A stretch of 64,000 bases of DNA from NCBI RefSeq assembly GCF_009914755.1, contig NC_060928.1; one strand, 5' to 3'. The position numbers were made by a program, and so were the translations under genes. The first letter of the stretch is position 1, and each line of letters begins with the position of its first letter. The notes beneath the pieces are model-generated. The model saw nothing but the letters and a program-made list of their open reading frames with translations, did not search any database and was not told the origin of the DNA. This document shows, one piece after another, positions 1 to 14,049 of this stretch. This stretch comes from the human T2T-CHM13v2.0 reference genome, Homo sapiens.

Positions 1-620
1 TGGATGAGAAATTGGATAAACAGTGGTGCCATTTATGAAGAAGAAGAATATTAGTAAAGGACCAGGTTTAAGGAAAGAGATAATTTCATCATTGTGTTTT
101 GTACATATTATGTTTGAGAGAATTATTTGGCATTCAGGGACAGCTCAAGTACATAGTTGATATTTCCAATAGTTTTGTGGAACCAAATACTACAAGTTGA
201 AAAAACACAATGTCACAAGTCACAATGGTGCCTTAAAATTGGCAAAGGTGGGAGCATTTGCAGCACAAATATCAGCAAATATTACACACCAGCGTTTTTT
301 GTCAGAGCAGATAGGGATACAAGTATAGAGATAGCTGGGATGAAGTACAACAGGGATTTAGACTGAAGATTGAGATTTAACAGACATTGGAAAGATGAGA
401 TGCAGTAGCCACTTTAGAAGAAAGCCATGAGAACATGCTATCTTGGAAGCTAAGTGAAGAAAATATTTCAGGAAGGAAGAATCAAATCACTGTGTCAAAT
501 GCTGATGAAAGGCTGAGTCAAACAGTGATACGACATTAACTGTTTATTTTGACATGTGAAGTCATTGGTGTCATTGGTGGGATAGGGTCACATTGGAATA
601 TGTTTAGGAGAGAATGACAG
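1..620 (-). mobile_element. L2 LINE fragment
   Basis: Degenerate antisense L2 motifs (gtggtgccattt..., tgtgtcaaatgctgatgaaaggctgag, gtcattggtg). Boundaries approximate. Confidence 0.7.
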
Positions 621-1089
621 CTTTTCTTCTCCTTTAATTCACTTTACCACTTCCAACTTTTCCCCAATGCATAGACTTTTCTTGGCCTTTTAATTAATTG
701 TCTGTTAGTCTATTCAGTTTTCTTATTTTACTCATTGGCTTTTTGCACCTTCTTTCAAACATTTTATCTTAATAATGTGGGGAAGATGATATTACTAAAG
801 CATGACACATTAGAGCAATATAAGCTCTTGATGTGCTCTTGTGGGAAGAATAGCTGAGATAAGACTTCAGCATACCCTGGCTCCTCTAGCCTAGACTGGC
901 AAACAACATAAACGCATGCATGTGTGACAAATTTGTTAGCATGGCTTTTCAATTTGGATGTTGAGTTTTTGATAAAACATTTTTGCAAATTGCTGCAGAA
1001 CATATTTGGCTAGTGAAAGCTCAGATAGTGAGGGAGACGTAAAATAAATGAAGATAATAATAGATAATGTTTCCATTATCTGCCACAAT

Positions 1090-1340
1090 GCAGTGATTTG
1101 AAATGTGGTCTTTGGAGTTTATAAGTTTGACTTTGAAACTTGGGTCTGCTACTGGTAGCCTGGGGATAACTGTGTAACATCAGCTAGAGGTTTAGCTTCT
1201 CTAAATCGCAGTTTTCTCGACTGTAAAATGGAGCTTAAAATACTAACATTTCAGGGTTGTTATGAAGATTAAGTAAGATGGATACAGAAAGGGACTAGAA
1301 TAATATATAGGCAGCTAGTTAAGTGTTGAATACAGGTTAG
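1090..1340 (+). mobile_element. MIR SINE
   Basis: MIR core-like cagttttctcgactgtaaaatgg...cagggttgttatgaagattaagtaagat. Confidence 0.75.
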
Positions 1341-1689
1341 CTAAATCAAAAGGAAGGAAACATTAGGAGAGATGATTCTTTGAACCACTAAAGGCTAATG
1401 AGCAGACAATATTGTGTTAACTCTGAGAGATTGCTAGTTGGTGAAAAAAGATCACATTAAATATTTTATAGCTCTCATTTTCTGCTCATGTCTAGAGGCA
1501 TGCTGAGAGATTATGGAGACTTCAGATTTCTCTCTTTCTCAATTTTTCATACTCTCATTCCGCAGGCACTGAAATGATCAGGACTAGCTGAACTGGAAAG
1601 GACAAAGGCAGAAGAAAAGTACCCTCAATGTTTGGGCACCTTGGGTCCAAATAGAGTTTATTTAATAAGGACTTACAGTGATTTAACTT

Positions 1690-1810
1690 AAGGTTTTTGC
1701 CTTCATGATGGGTTTATCAGGGTATTAAATGCATTTTTAATTTAGGATATTTTTGACTAACAATGGGTCGATTGAGATGTAAACACTTTGTAAGTCAAGG
1801 AACATCTGTA
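1690..1810. mobile_element. Tigger-family (MER47/Tigger5-like) DNA transposon end
   Basis: Ends gtaagtcaaggaacatctg+TA, the reverse complement of a CAGATG.TCCT.GACTTAC terminal inverted repeat. Confidence 0.6.
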
Positions 1811-2129
1811 TATGAATAAAATCACAAACTGACCAAGGCCAAACAGTTCTCCAACACATTGATTTCAAGCTCATGAACAAAGTATCTCCTTTAAAACATC
1901 CTAAGATTATCTAATCCAATTTCCTTATTCTACAATTAAGACTCCTGAAACCTAGAGGGAAGGTGACTCAACCAGACTCCAATCCAGCTTGCTTCCAAGA
2001 ATGTGAACCAACGAATCTATGTAATCTGCTCTATCCATTTCAACATAAGGAATGGTGTTACTTGAATTGTTCACTCTCTAGGACTTTCATTTGTTTCATT
2101 TCTTTTCCTATTTAGAATTATAGTATGTG

Positions 2130-2290
2130 AAGCCTGAAGGCATTATAGGGATAATCTAGATCCAAACCTTATTTTCCAGAGGAAGAAATGAATGCACATA
2201 GAGGAAAAGTAGATTGTCCCAAGGTCATCTAATGGCACAGCTCAGATTGGAATCTCCATTTCCTCATCTCAAACCAGTGCTCTGTCAACT
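2130..2290 (-). mobile_element. MIR fragment
   Basis: attttccagaggaagaaatgaatgcacatagagg...cccaaggtca pattern. Confidence 0.55.
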
Positions 2291-3049
2291 AAAATAGAAT
2301 ACTTAAAGAATGCTGAGGCATTGAGAGACAAGTAATTGGATTCTGATACACTGTCAAATATTAAGAATGAATAGCTGTAAGTTCCTTATTTGACAAAAGC
2401 CAAGATACTCATCTTTATTTTCCACTGAGAAATATCATGCTAGAGACAATCTTTGCAAACTTTGCTTCTAAGATGCTAAGTCCTGCGGCATGTAATCTTT
2501 TCTTTTTTGTGAGTGAGTTGGCCTAATGCCTAGAAGTTTCATTACATTTCCAGAAAGTCTTCTCTGGTAATTTCATGAAGCATATTACCTGTTTTATCTT
2601 GAAATGTCTTTACCTTCTAGGAGGTTTACTCATGAAAGCAATGCTGAAAAATACAATTTGGTTGTTTAAGTGGGAGACTTAGGTTATTAAATGTTTATTT
2701 CCTTGGGTAAGAAAATATTTTCCTCTCTTTAAGGGAGTGTGGTTGTTATTATGAAAAGTTTTAGAAGTTAAAATTGCTGATGTACCTGAGGAAAGCCAAA
2801 TGTCACCTGTATATTTTTGATCCTCATTTCTTTGGCTCATAGTCCATTCTCTGTATTTTCTCCAAATTTTCATCAGTCTTAGAAAAATATAAACTTCATA
2901 ATTCTGGAGTCATGACAACTTGTACTTATTTTAAATGCAATTTGTGATATTACTTATTATTCTCTTTAAAGTATTTTAAACTTCACTATTTTTATCATTT
3001 GTAGATGTAGATATTAAATTTTGTGAATGAGTTACTAATTCACATGGTT

Positions 3050-4010
3050 TATCTATAACTATCTATAAAAGTATACAGTAAAAATTTCCTTTCTCTACTC
3101 CATTTTTCTTCTATTCAGTTTTTATTCTCTCATCCCTCAATTGGTGTTCAATGTTACTGGGCTCTTGTGTATCTTTAGCTATTTTTCGTACACTTAAATT
3201 CAAATATATATTCCCTAAATTACCCAATTTCTACAGACATTAACATCCTCACATTCATATCTGCACATTGCTCTTTCCACCTAACAATAAATCTTAGTTA
3301 TCTTTCTATGTCATTTGACAAAAAAACCTCTGTAATAATTTGTTAGCTTAATATTTTATTCAATTCTCCAATCCTACTAATGGACACTTGGATTGATTCT
3401 AATCTTTTGCTGTTAGAAATAATGTTTCAATAAATACTCTTGTAATATGTCATTTTGCAAGGATATGAGTAAAGTTCCTAGAAGTATAATTGATGGATCA
3501 AAGAAAAAACATCTGTAATATTAATTTCTGTAAACAACTTGCCCTCCATGTGGGTTGTATCAGCAATATATTAATGTTTTTTCTTCACAGTTTTCCCAAC
3601 ATAGTGAGTTACCAAAATTTGTTATTTTCTTAACAATCTGACAAACGAAAATAGTGTCTCCAGCTTATGCTTCTAGAAAGAATATGATCGTTTACTCTAG
3701 GCCAATGTTCACACTGCAACAATTAGAAAAATGCGATTAATTATACTGAGTTTTTTGAGCTAAGATTATAGGGGCTTTTCCATTTTTATTAGTTCTTGGT
3801 TATTATAAAACTACTATAAACATTCTTATACATGTATTTTGGTGAACATATGTCTTCCTTTCTCCTGGATATAAACCAAGAATGATATTACTGGGTTATA
3901 CTGTTGGTATGTGTTTAACTTTCTTAGAAATTGCCAAATGGTATTTACAAAATGGGTGTATCATTTTATATCCCTACCAAGAATGTGTAAGAGTAAAATT
4001 AGCTCTACAT
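3050..4010 (-). mobile_element. Old L1M 3'-region fragments
   Basis: Antisense L1 motifs aatggacacttggattgattc and aacattcttatacatgtattttggtgaacatatg...aaattgccaaatgg. Confidence 0.6.
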
Positions 4011-4739
4011 TGAGGGGTTGATATCTGAGCTCAAACTTAAGTAATACAGCCAGTCACTGAAAGCCCTGAGGATAAAAGAGCTCCCAGTAGAGCAACACTA
4101 AGCTCAAAGAACCTGTGGCATTTCTACGGGGATATTCCCTGCAACGTTAAATTTAATGTATTCTAAAGTTTCACATCATATGCCCCATTGGTGGACTGTA
4201 AATTCAATTCAAGTTTTACCAAGAGATAATTTTTGATGGAATATAAGGGACTAGCTTTTTTTTCCTACAATAAACACTTAAAAATGTCTTAGTTTTCCAT
4301 GTTGTAAATGCAGCTTAACCAGTAACCATAATGATAGACATTTAAATTACTTCTACTATTTTGTTTTAATACATAATGCTGTGAAATTAACTTGTAATAT
4401 GACCTCAAAAGTACATGAAGGTATAAATTGTATAAATTCCAGAAGTGTAATCTCTGAGTTAAAAAAAGAAAACACTTGTAATTTGATAGATATTTTAAAA
4501 AGTGAACTTGTCAATGTGCTCTCCAAATTATATTATCAAGATCTGCTGAATAAGCTAAAATATGGTGAGACTTAGCATGCTGATAGAAGAGGCCACACAT
4601 TTTTGACCATTATTCAAAACCCAACTTCTTAGCATTTCCTAATATTTCAAAAGTATATTTGGAAATCTCATAGGAGTCTTTATTTAAATCATCAGCAACT
4701 CCTTATCTTATTTCATCTTTGGCAGTTTCTTAGATAATT

Positions 4740-4975
4740 ATGACAATATTAATGTAAAAATACAAATGATAATGTATGATATATTTCAATGTAGCAAGAA
4801 GAGAGGATTTTGGATGTTATCACTACAAATAAATAATAAGTGTTTGAGGTTATGAATATGCTAATTAACCTGATTTGATCATTACACAATATATGCATGT
4901 ATGAAAACTTCACATTGTACCCTTTAAATATATGCAATTATTACGTGTCAATTAAAAACAAAATAAAACTTTTAA
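4740..4975 (+). mobile_element. L1MA-type 3' end
   Basis: gctaattaacctgatttgatcattacacaatatatgcatgtatgaaaacttcacattgtaccct followed by an A-rich tail. Confidence 0.75.
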
Positions 4976-6925
4976 AGGTACCAAAACTTCTAGTCCTTTG
5001 CCAAAAATTGAGACTCCAAAGGCTGAATTCTAAGGAGTATATTAGCATCAGCTTATTCAATATTTACTTTAAACATAAAATTTTCTCTTTGGTTTATGAG
5101 TTCTGTAAAAAAGAGTCTGTCCTTGGAATTTTTATCATACAGATCATCTAATTCTATAACTAGAATTATCAAAACACTTTTACAAAAATCTACTAATATC
5201 TGGTTATATAATATTCATAATAGGCAACATTATTGAGCGTTGACAATTATGTGCCAGATATATACTAGATAATAAATGTTTTACATGTATTTTATGCATA
5301 TATAGTACATACATTTTTTACATATAATTCTAGCCACAGTCATATGAGGCAGTTGCTATTTCTATGCCTTAAATATTAAAACAATGAGGCTCACTCAGAA
5401 AAAAAGTAATCTAGAAATGTTGTATAATTTAAGTAACTAAAGCAAAATTCAAGTTCACATATTCCCAAAAAATGTAATAAGCAGAATACAACATTGTTGA
5501 TTCTAAAACCAAAGTGATAGGATTTGGGGAAGAGTAGGAATTTCCAAAATGTTACACAAATAATTCACTATAAAATTTTGGTGAGATATACAACCATCAA
5601 AAGATATAACTAAATTCTTCTTTGCATACCACATCCAAGCAAGAATGCCAAGATCAGTGCAAATACGTAGCAAGTGGGCTTGAAATTGGCTCTTTAGTTA
5701 AACTTGGACCCATCTTCTATGGCAAACATGGTACCAATTCAAATCCTGTGAATGTAGATGGTTCTGAGAAAAAATACACATTTTCTTTCCCCCTTCTAGG
5801 ATGATGGTAGAGGCACATTTTCCAGATGGAGTAGATGTAATATGGCAGAGCATCTATGAACTTAAGTCTCTGAGTGACTGTGGTTCAGCATCCTTTGCCT
5901 GTATCCATTGAACAGGTAACATGAATGAGAAATAAAGCTTAGCTGTGCTAAACCCCTGGGCTTTTGAGTTAGTTTATTACCTTAGAATAACGTAGCCTAA
6001 CCTGATCCATGTTCTACGATGTAAGGTTTCTGTGAAAATTAAATGAGTTCATGCAATGCCTGCCACATAGTCTATACCCAATAACATTAGATATTATTAT
6101 CAGAAATCACACTTTCTTAAATTAGTCTGCATGCTTTATAAAAACTTTTGGGGGGAAGTACTGAACATTATATCTAGGACCAAGAAGAGAGTTATAAAAT
6201 TTACTAGATCTCCTTTTAGCATAGTGCCCTTATAAAATGCAGAAAAATAATCAAATAAATAATGATTTCACATCACCAAAAATTACAACCCCCCCACCCC
6301 TCCCCCCCAAAAAAAAAAACTCTAGCTTTGGAAATTCAGGCAAAATTAATCAAAGAGTAAGGAATTTCTTTAGCTAAAAAATTCATCTTATGCAAAAATG
6401 CCTTCAGTTATTTAGTCATTCATTCATTTACTTATTGTTCATGATTCAGTAAATTGCCACACATGTGTTGCTACTATTGGGTATTTTCACTTTGGTTTAA
6501 TGATGCTGGATATCTCAAGTGGATGAAAGATATGGTGAGGCACTTGCACAAGCCAAAGTGAATGCAAATGGCCAGAAAATGAGGGTTGGGTGTTCTGATG
6601 ACAGCATCTAAGAAAGTAATGGAGGCATGGCAGAAATATGTGTAACTATGACCTATAAGACCAGCACTAAGCACGAAGCACTAAGTAAAGAGACTCCAAG
6701 GAAGAAGGTGCCCATCTCGGAGATGCCTATGGATATGGGGAACCATATTGACTGTAGCCAAAAGTCAGGAGAAGCTGAGTCAGAGAAAGGAATTGGATAG
6801 GAGAAGTATTCACAGTAATGAGTAGGAGGAGCATGTGTGAAAATGATGAAAAGGAGCACTGTTGGTGTCAGTACCCCTCACAAGGCTGGTACATCGATGA
6901 GTGTGTAAGGTTCATCAAAAGTGCT

Positions 6926-7281
6926 TGTATTAGTCTGTTTTCATGCTGCTAATAAAGAGATACCTGAGACTGGGTAATTTATGAAGGAAAGAGGTTTAAT
7001 TTACTCACAGTTCCACATGGCTAGGGAGGCCTCACAATTATGGTGGAAGGCAAATAAGGAACAAAGTCACATCTTATATGGCGGCAGGCAAGACAGCATG
7101 TACAGGGAAACTCCCCTTTATAAAACCATCAGATCTTGTGAGACTTATTCAGCACCACGAGAACAGTATGGGGAAAACTGCCCCCATGATTCAATTATCT
7201 CCACCTGTCCTCACCCTTGACACATGGGGATTACTGTAATTCAAGGTGAGATTTGGGTGGGGATGCAGCCAAACCATATCA
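6926..7281 (-). mobile_element. THE1 (MaLR) solo LTR, THE1B/C-like
   Basis: tgtattagtctg...aaaccatatca termini; perfect 5-bp TSD GTGCT at 6921-6925 and 7282-7286. Confidence 0.92.
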
Positions 7282-7469
7282 GTGCTTCTAACAGAAGCTG
7301 ACGTGTGGCAGACAATGCATGCATGAGAAATAGCTTATGGAAATTAGCAGCTCATCCCACAGGGATGCTGGATAAAATGCAATGTGTTATTTACGTGAGA
7401 AAATTCTTCATGACATACATAAGGTGTTTTACATGTACTTATTTACATGTTTAAATTATTTTTAAAAGT

Positions 7470-8920
7470 AACTTCGGCTTTTATTTTAGATTCGGGGGTA
7501 CATGTGCGGGTTTGTTACATGGGTATATTGCATGATACTAAGGTTTAGGCATCATGTTTGTCCTAGGTTTGCTTCTGAGATTCTTACAGTTTGAAGTCTT
7601 AGATTTAAATCTGTAATTCATCTTGAGTTAATTTTTGTATACAGTGAAGGGTAGGGGTCCAGTTTTATTCTTCTGCATTTGGCTAGCCAGCTATCTTAGC
7701 ACCATTTATTCAATATGGAGTCTTCTCCCCATTGCTTATTTTTGTTAACTTTGTTGAAGATCAGATAGCTGTAGGTGTGTGGCTTTATTTCTGGGTTTTT
7801 ATTCTGTTCCATTGCTCCATGTATGTGTTTTTGTACCAGTGTCATGCTGTTTTGGTTCCAGTAGCCTTATAGTATAGTTTGTTGGGTAATATGATGCCTT
7901 TAGCTTTGATCTTTTTGCTTAAGACTGCTTTGGCTATTTAGGCTCTTTGGTTGGTTCTACATGAATTTGAGATTTTTTTTAAATCTGTGAAAAATTACTT
8001 CAATAGTTTTATAGGGATAGCATTGAATCTATCAACTGCTTTAGGCAGTTTGGTCATTTTAATAATATTTATTATTCCAATTTATGAACATGGAATTTTT
8101 CCCATTTGTTTGTGTCATACATGATTTATTAGAGTAGTATTTTATAATTCTACTTGTAGATATCTTTCACCTCTTTGGTTAGATATATTTCTAGGTATTT
8201 TATTTTTTGTGGCTATTGTAAATGAGATTGAATTCTTGATGTGGTTCTCAGCTTGAACATTATTGGTGTATAGATATGCTTCTGATTTTTGTACATTTGT
8301 TTGCATCCTGAAACTTTACTAAAGTTGTTTATTAGTTCAAGGATCATTTTGTAGTCTTCAGGGTTTTTTAGGCATATCATCCCTGAAGAGAGAGTTTGAA
8401 TTCTTCTTTTCTTATTTGGATGCTTGTTATTTTTTCTCTTGCCTGATTGCTTTGGCTAGGATTTCCAGTACTATTTTGTATAGGAGTGGTGAGAGTAGGC
8501 ATCCTTATCTTGTTTCAGTTCTCCAAGGGAATGGTTCAAGCTTTTTCCCATTCAGTATGATATTGGCTGTGGGTTTGTCATAAATGACTCTTATTTAGTT
8601 TGAACTATGTGCCTTTGATGCCTATTTTATTGAAGGTTTTTATCACGAAGGGATCTTGGATTTTATTGAATAATTTTTTCCATCTATTGAGATGATCACA
8701 TGATTTTTGTTTTTAATTCAGTTTATGTGTTGAATCACATTTATTGATTTGATTTGTGTATGTTGAACTCCCCGCCCCCCCCCCCCCCCCCCCACCTGCC
8801 ACCATACATCCTAGAAATAAAGCCTATTTGGTCATGGTGAGTTAACTTTTTGATGTACTGCTGGATTTGGTTTGCTGGTATTTCATTAAGAATTTTTGTG
8901 TCTATGTTCATCAGGATGTA
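7470..8920 (-). mobile_element. L1 (old L1PA/L1PREC-like): 3' tip plus ORF2 segment
   Basis: The antisense 3' tip (ttttattttagattcgggggtacatgtgc) joins antisense ORF2 at ~7553. ORF 8741-8932 gives [33 protein letters not shown], an L1 RT-region motif. Confidence 0.9.
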
Positions 8921-9680
8921 GAGACACAACATACCAAAATCGCTGGGATGCAGCCAAACCAGTGTTAAGAGGAAAGTTTAAAGTGTGAAATAGCTACCAC
9001 AAAAAGTTAAAATGATCACAAATCAATAATCTAACATTACACCTAGCAGAACTGGAAAAATAAGAGCAAACTAACCCCAAAGTTAGCAGAAGAAAGTAAA
9101 TAACTAAAATCAGAGCAGAACTGAACAAAATTGAGATCCAAAAATCTATACAAAGAATCAGCAAAACCAAAAGTGTTTCTTTGAAAGGATTATCAGCATT
9201 GGTAGACCACTAGTAAGATTAACAAAGAAAAAAAGAGAGAAGATCCAAATAAGCATAACCAGAAATAAGAAAGATGACATTACAAGTGATCCCACAGAAG
9301 TGCATAAGATTCTCTGAGACTATTATGAACACTTCTATGCACACAAACTACAAAATATAGGGAAAATGGATAAATTCCTGTAAACACACTACCTCCCAAG
9401 ATTGAATCAGGAAGAAACTGAAACCCAAAACAGACCAATATCTAGTTCTTAAATTGAATCAGTAATAAAAATCTTACCAACCAAAAGAAGCCCAGGACTG
9501 GATGGATCACAGCTGAATTCTACCAGACATGTTCAAAGAAGAATTAGTACCAATTCTACTGAAACTATTTCAAAAAAATTCAGAAGGGGAGACTCATTTA
9601 TAAATCATTCTAAGAATCCAGCATCACCCTGATACCAAAACCTGGCAAAGACACAATTGAAATAAAAAGGAAACTAAAGG
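8921..9680 (+). mobile_element. L1 ORF2 segment, inverted 5' part of the same insertion
   Basis: Sense ORF2 from gagacacaacataccaaaat to ctgataccaaaacctggcaaagacaca. Confidence 0.88.
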
Positions 9681-12600
9681 TGAGTAATATATTTTTAAGC
9701 AATTTGTTCTGTGTTAGGGATAGTTTCGGGTTTTGGAAATTTAATGATTCATCAAATAAACTACTTCTCTAACCTGTGGTAGCTGGGAATCTGGTAGAAA
9801 ATAAACATAATATAGTAGCAAAAACAGCATTCATATCATGTTATGTTAGGTGGTAATACATTCCATGAGAAGGAAGAAAGCCTAGCCTGGTATTGGTTTA
9901 TCCAATACCAATAAATGATAAGGTATAGGAGGTATTTTTTAAAAGGGAGATTGTTTAAGAGTGAATGCATTTTATACAAATGCATCTTACAAAAGCAAAA
10001 TATTTTTAAGATCAGATGTCTCATGATGAAGGGGGACATTTTGTAGAGGAGAGAATCCTGAGGCAGGAAGACCAATTAGTTTTGAGATGAGGAGAAATGT
10101 TCTTTAGTGGAAAAAGTGAGAAAAACAATAATCCTAGGGAGAACACATGCAGAATCAAGAAGTCTCCTTCTGTTGTTTGAATGATCCAAGTATAGTCTAC
10201 TTCAAACTTTGCTTTGTAACTTATCTTCCGTTATTGTCTCTAAATATGATTTTCATCTTCGAATGCTATATAAATAGCTGTGTTGACTTTGGGAGAGGAG
10301 AAATTTTGTCTTACATTTCTTTGCACTTAAACTTCTGGGCACCAGGATATTCATGACAGTGAGAGGGTGGAAAATGCAAACATACGATAAGGTGATTTAA
10401 TTAACTATGTAATGGCACACTCATGAAGACATATATATTATTCAATATTTAATACTGTGCTTTAACAAAATATTTAATAATGGGAGAAATGCTGAAACCC
10501 TGAGATTAAGTGAAAATATAAGATTAACTTTTATAGAGGGTATTCTGGTTTTGCCAATAATTGTCTGTGAGTTAATGTGTCCATTTGTTTGTGGTATAAA
10601 ACTGAAAAAATATGGAGCTGGCATTTTAACAGTTGTCTTCTTCATGTGGTGAGTTTAGAGACAAAATTTTATTGCCCATTTATTTATTTGTTTTATAAAA
10701 TTATTAACAAACACATAGTACCTTCATAATCATATATTTAAAACATTATTAAAACTACTAATACACAGGTTAATAAGTGGACAATGTATATGGACAAAGA
10801 CTGGAGAGACACAAATACAAATGATTCATAGACATATAAAAATACTTCAGCCTCACTGGCAATCAAATAATTGTGAATTAAATAACAATAAAAATGTAAT
10901 ATTTATTGTCAAAGTGGCATTTTGAAGAAAATCAACAGACACACTGAAGATGTGTATTGAAATAGTCCTATCCATGACTTGTGAGAATGTAAAATAATCT
11001 GTTACAAACCAATTTGTCAGTATGCATTAATACCTTCACTTATGCTGTTTTTTTTTAAGTCTGTAAGGATCCTTTTTGTCATCTATTTTGAGGATTTAGT
11101 TTGGAATTCAAAGATGTACCTAAGTTATATTCACCAGAATATTTTTCATACTAACTGATGGTAAACAACCTATACACTTCATATCTCAGGAATGCTTCAG
11201 AAAATTATATTTTAAATATATGACAAATAGTATGCATATTTTTCTAATGTAGAATAAAGACAAAATGACCTTTAACAAAAGAAATGAGACACTATTTATA
11301 TTATTCCAATTTTGTATCTTTAGTTAGATAGAAACACATCAACACTCTGAAAGTAGTTATCTCTGAATGATTAAATTATTGGAAATATTACTAAGCTTAT
11401 GCAATGCTTGTTTGCTTGTTTTTGGATTTCTAAAATACTATGTGTAAAATAAGGTTGTGAAACCAAGATCAAGGGTGTCAGTTGACTTGCACTGAAAGCC
11501 TACAGCTCTTTTACTCCAAGGCTTGAGTTTTCTCCCACAGCACATCCCAAGACAAGGTGGGTCGCCTACATGAAGCCGTGTTGTTTACAGGGATATTTTG
11601 GCCCAACACGAAATGTCTAAAAATGAAACTTCCTTTTTTAAAGAAAGATGGCAAATGTCTTCACTGCCCAGAGTCTCATCTAATTCTTGAGAGTAACCCA
11701 TTGCTATCTCCCATTACTGAGAATACCCTGGTGAAGTGCGTAAAGTTTAGGAGATAGTAAAAGGTTGGAGAGAATAATATGGCTGTGATTAGGTTAAAAT
11801 AGAAAAGTGGGAAGCAGATCCCAGACCACCAGGTGTATGCCCCAAACCACAGAATACTGAAATTCTCAAAGTGAAATGTATGTCATTATCTAAGAATTCA
11901 CTTTAACTTCTCAGGACAATAATATATTGACTTGAGAGTTTTACTTAAGGTTACAATATCATAATTTTTTGCACTAAATTGGTGCATAGATTTGGCTGTT
12001 TAATAAAGAAAACTTCTGTTTTCAATTTGAAAATCCTCAAAATGGATGCTAATGCTCTTCTGAACTATCTGATTGGTCCAGCCAAACCCAAACGGGCATT
12101 TGAGGTCAAAATATGATATTTGATTTTTTTGTTCCAAACTATACATGTAATTTTTAATGCATGCTAAGGATCATTTCTTATGATGTATCTTAGAAATATA
12201 CATCATATTTAATATTTAAAAGTTCTTTATAATAATAGTTTTGAGAGATAAGATGAATAATTGCTTAGATATTAATCCACCTCTAACAAAGGTCTTTCCC
12301 CTATTTTTTAATAAAAAATAGTGTATTAAAAATCCTTATACCTTTGTTTTATAGAGACATATAAATAATACAATTTTTAAAGCATTATTTGCATATAGCA
12401 GGATTCCAGTTGTGTCAAAAATTATATGGGTATGTTTATGGTATAAACCTGGAAAAATATAAAACAATGTAGCATTAATTGTTACTTCTTTGTGGTATGT
12501 TGATGGATAAATTATTACTGTCTATTTTGTATTTTCTAAAATTATTAAGTTCGTATTTTATGTTAAAAACTATGTTGTTTTATAAAAGCATATAAAATAT

Positions 12601-13569
12601 AGGATTTTAATACAATATATATTTTTATTAAAACAGACAAAATTTTATATTGTTTATAAACATATAAACCGTATAGAACTTAATAAAACTAAAATGTTTT
12701 ATAATGGATTAAGTGATGAAGGGAGCAGTAAGGTTTAGAAATACCCATGGTGCGTATTTCTTCATTGTAAACAAGGGCAAGTTTGCCCTCTAGCCTTGCC
12801 TCTTTAGTTTCTCTGCATTCTCTTTTACAAATGGCAATATCAAGAAGCTCAGCATCTGCATCTTCTTTGTCTCCAGATAATATTCTGGAAAACTGTAAAA
12901 CTGATTCTCTGTTGAAGTCCAAGAAGGGTACACTTATATGGATGTGACTAAGAAGCAGAAAAAAAATGAAGATTGTCACCAGGTAAACGGGAGCGCCATC
13001 TGGATGGGACTAGAGTTTCTCTGTGGACCCAAGTCAGCTCAGTCACCCCTTCATCACGGATCCAGACCTGACGAATTTCTAATACAAATGTCCACCTGGA
13101 AGCATCACTCTGCCTAACCCAGCTGTGCTTTCATTCTGAGGTTTTAATTCTCTTGTATCTCAGTGTCCAATGGCCCTTCTATCTGATGTCAACTTCTGAA
13201 TTTCCTGACTTATGATCACCATCAAGAGAACTGCAACAATGGCAGAAATGATTTCTGAAAACCTGCAGCACAAGATGCATTCAAATCTTTCCTGGGTCCC
13301 TTGCTGTTCATCACTTCTCTATTTTTTTCCCTCCAAACATTTATTTCCAAGCACTTTTCCCTAATCATTCTTAAATCTTAGAATTTAAACTCTCAAGTAT
13401 ATTTACATTTAAATAGAGTGCTGGGGCCTTTTGGTATTTGAAAAAGCTTTTGAGATTTGTAATGAACTTCTAAAAGGTTCTGAAACTTTGCCAAGTGTTG
13501 GTCTATTCTGAACAATGGGAATCCTGGATTCAATTCAGAACTACCCAGTCTTTAATCCAAAATCAAAAG

Positions 13570-13870
13570 GAGCTTTCAAAAATCTGCAATTGTTCCCTGA
13601 CTCCTGAGCTTCACAGTCAAGACCTTCGCTGATCGGCCCCCCACCTACCTTGTCAAGTCCATCTCTCAACCCACAAGAGCGACACTGGCCTGCCTCTTCC
13701 TCTCCTGGTTTCTCCCTAATTGCCATTTTCTTTCTCTTGTCTCTTACTTTCCCCTTGGCCTGAAACACCCTCCCTCCACTGTACCAACTGCCTTTTTGAA
13801 ATTGATAGGCTAAGCTCAATATCACCTCCATTATTACGCTAATTTTTATGGCCTTCAGATAATTTAGGGA
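13570..13870 (+). mobile_element. L2 fragment
   Basis: Pyrimidine-rich L2 3'-type text (caagaccttc..., cactggcctgcctcttcc, ccttggcctgaaacaccct). Confidence 0.5.
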
Positions 13871-14049
13871 GAAGTACATAAATTAGTCCCCAGAAATGTC
13901 TGAGTTGATGTTTTGCATAAGTTCTCAGAAGCCATATCACTAAGGCACACTATTACAGCTTTATTTTCTGTAAAATGAAGCTTAACAATTTGTTTGGTAT
14001 GATTTCTGTATAAGTCAAGTCATGTTTAGGAAGTTTTTGGCGTATAATC

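Noticed and set aside
12770-12790. Palindrome agggcaagtttgccct containing a p53 half-site
   Set aside because: Only one good RRRCWWGYYY half-site is present, which is chance level.
12990-13010. CTCF-like gagcgccatctggatgg
   Set aside because: It departs from the core consensus at the conserved GTGG end and is unsupported without ChIP data.
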